From: Microbotryum violaceum
Taxonomy: Eukaryota
NCBI GenBank assembly: GCA_001244265.2
Contig: CDLV01000004.1
Coordinates: 2,356,001 to 2,420,000 of the forward strand
Direction of reading: 5' to 3'
Length of the DNA stretch: 64,000 nucleotides
Each line of letters opens with the position of its first letter. Within the stretch, counting starts at the first letter, position 1. Shown here piece by piece: positions 61,901 through 64,000 of the stretch. The translations under genes were made by a program, and so were the position numbers. A model generated the notes under the pieces. It was not told the DNA's origin, made no database searches, and saw nothing but the letters and a program-made list of their open reading frames with translations.

Positions 61901-64000
61901 CAAATGATGACTTGCAGTGGTGCTCTCCATCTCTTGGGTCGCGTAATTTCGAGCGGAAGCGTGATTTCTACTTCGCTCTCGGCATCGATCTCGTCGCAAT
62001 TCAATCGCTTGGAAGAGCGATTGGACTCTGTTTCTAATGTCGCCAAGGACGTCAAAGCTTTCAGTGGTCGTCGATTGGTGCTGTTGTGGTACGGCTTCGA
62101 TCTGGCGATACGACTCGCCCAACCCGCCGAGTTGGTACACTCGCTCGCATCGAAATTGATCGACCGGCTTGTCCACCGTGGGGTCGAGTCGACGATGAAA
62201 GGTCTCAAATCCGCCTCTTCTTCGCCCGAGACCGCGCTCAACGACGTTACCCTGCATGTGTGGCTCGGATTGGTCAGCGTCGCGGTGCAAGATTTTGATG
62301 GTATAACGTGGCGCCAAGCTGATCTGTGGATGATCACGCTAGAGCGAATTGCTGCGCAGCTCTCACCGCGCGCTCAGAAGGGACCTATCGCTGGCGAGAT
62401 CATGTCCTACACCACGATGATGCTATGCGCAATATCCCAATTCTCGTATTTGGGTATTTCGACCTCGACACCTCGTCTTTCTGCGCATTGGGGTGTGGTA
62501 ATGCGTGCGCTCGAGCCCATTAACGTCGTCGCGCTCGCTCGTCCCGATCGTGCACTTTCTAACACGGCCATCGCCCGTCGGGATCGCTACGTCTGGACGC
62601 TCTTCGCCCGGTGTCTCGTCTTCGTCAATCGATGGAATTGGAAGATTGACCAACGCAGCGACGTCCTCCCCAAGCTGTACGATATCCTCAACGCTCGCCG
62701 CCTGGCGGATTTGTCGATCGAGACCCACGGTGACTTCGCCATATTCTTACAGCACCCCGACCAGTTTAACTCGACGAAAGCGCTTGTACTTCATCCACAA
62801 GACGATACAGCGTTCTCTATCATGCTCAAGCTGGTCACCAATGCATCACAAGCAGCCGTCGCCTCCGGAGAGTTCCGCCAACTGACTCGACTCTTCTCGC
62901 GCCTGACGCCCATGACCTCGCAAGCATGGACCCGTGCGTCTCCTGAGTTGCTTCGGTCCCATTCGACCTTGGTCAACCACTACAGTCTCCTCATCACATT
63001 TGCTCGACTCATCGCTGCCGCTCGACCCGCCTCGAACCTGGCTTTGCAGTGCCTTGATCAAGCACGCCGTATAATAGATTTCGCGCAAGTGGATGAAGAA
63101 GCTCGTCGCATAAACGTGCGCGCCGTGCTGTACTTTATGCTCGCCTTCAGAGCCCATGATCTTGACCTTGCATCCGCTGCTATGTGGTTTGGGTCGATTA
63201 CGAGTCAGCTCAAGAAGGAGTACATCGACATTGAGAAGCAAAGGCGCATCGACAACCGAGGGCTGGGTCGCAAAGCCGGCAATCTGCCCCGACCGACAGG
63301 CAACGATCCGCTGTGGCATCGAGCTGTGCTGCTGACGATGATTCTGCGATCGATCCAACTCGTTCTGAGGTCGACGGTCAAAGACGTGAACGAATTCCCT
63401 GAGCTGTGCCTGCTCGGGTCTGGTGAGTCTACGGCTCCACATCTGCTCTAAACCCACGAAACGCCTCGCTGACGAGACGGCGCTTATCTACTCCAGCATG
63501 GACCTCTTCGCTACTCGAATCGCCGCTTGCGCTCGATCCCATGATAGGCCTCGAGATCGTCCGCACGGTGGCCTGTTTCCTCGATCTACGGGCCAGGGCA
63601 AAGCCTCGAATCAATGCCACCGCTCCACTCGCGGCAACCGGTGCCGATGCCGGGATCAGCCAGGATGAGTTTGGCATGTTCGACGAAATGGACTTTGAGG
63701 ACCCAGCGTTGAACGCGATGCTGGGGGTCGAGTCGACTACGGCCCCGGAGGGCGGCGACGATCGTGACCTGTTCAAGAGGAAGGATGCAGGGTTTGCTCA
63801 GGTGAGTGATGCGAAAGTTCCTTGAGCTTTCGAGAGCCCGTGTTGAGACGATGTCGCTTCACAGATGATTAAAAGCGAGCTCTCTCCGGCTTTCTTTCGC
63901 TTGGTATCCAACATTTTTGGGTCGACAGCATGGAGAGGCCCTACGGTCGGCGATCGGGTTGCCTACGCCCAGCAGGTTGTTGAGACATGGATTAGATGCG
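58994..64000 (+). CDS. Mms22/Mus7-like DNA repair protein, multi-exon, continues past the window
   Basis: Long disordered N-terminus with RTLAQLNPYSIEQARY and MMPAVF, then helical region (D..F..LKL, LVNHYSLL); assigned from recalled family similarity; start uncertain. Confidence 0.68.

Noticed and set aside
54000-64000. Impression that right-hand genes come from another basidiomycete class (HGT or chimeric contig)
   Set aside because: Not supportable without phylogeny; the adjacent TE end is shared with the left part of the window

Overview
Intron-rich basidiomycete nuclear DNA; the TpCpG-biased mutation pattern suggests Pucciniomycotina (inference). Two host-gene islands: 12.4-25.8 kb (BTA1 betaine-lipid synthase, BadF/BadG-type sugar kinase, METTL16-like methyltransferase, TFB4, CDC24) and 54-64 kb (TAF-type histone-fold protein, TDG/MUG glycosylase, Mms22-like). 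The rest is nested transposons: LINE, Ty3/Gypsy, a Ty1/Copia relic split by a complete-ended PIF/Harbinger (16-bp TIR, CAG TSD), an Ulp1-protease-bearing relic, three Helitrons in one ~60-bp AT island, DxxH-, CACTA- and MULE-like relics, and a second Gypsy. Most notable: (i) several AT-rich inserts, some clearly mitochondrial (atp6, atp9, group I intron motifs, a tRNA-like cloverleaf), all inside transposons; (ii) a 35-bp Helitron-derived patch next to the first catalytic Asp of the Harbinger transposase; (iii) a Helitron family with apparent 5'-CC ends and a ~1.46-kb homogenised inverted repeat. Single-base deletions in conserved genes suggest consensus errors, so pseudogene calls based only on frameshifts are tentative. 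All assignments come from manual reading; no database search was run.
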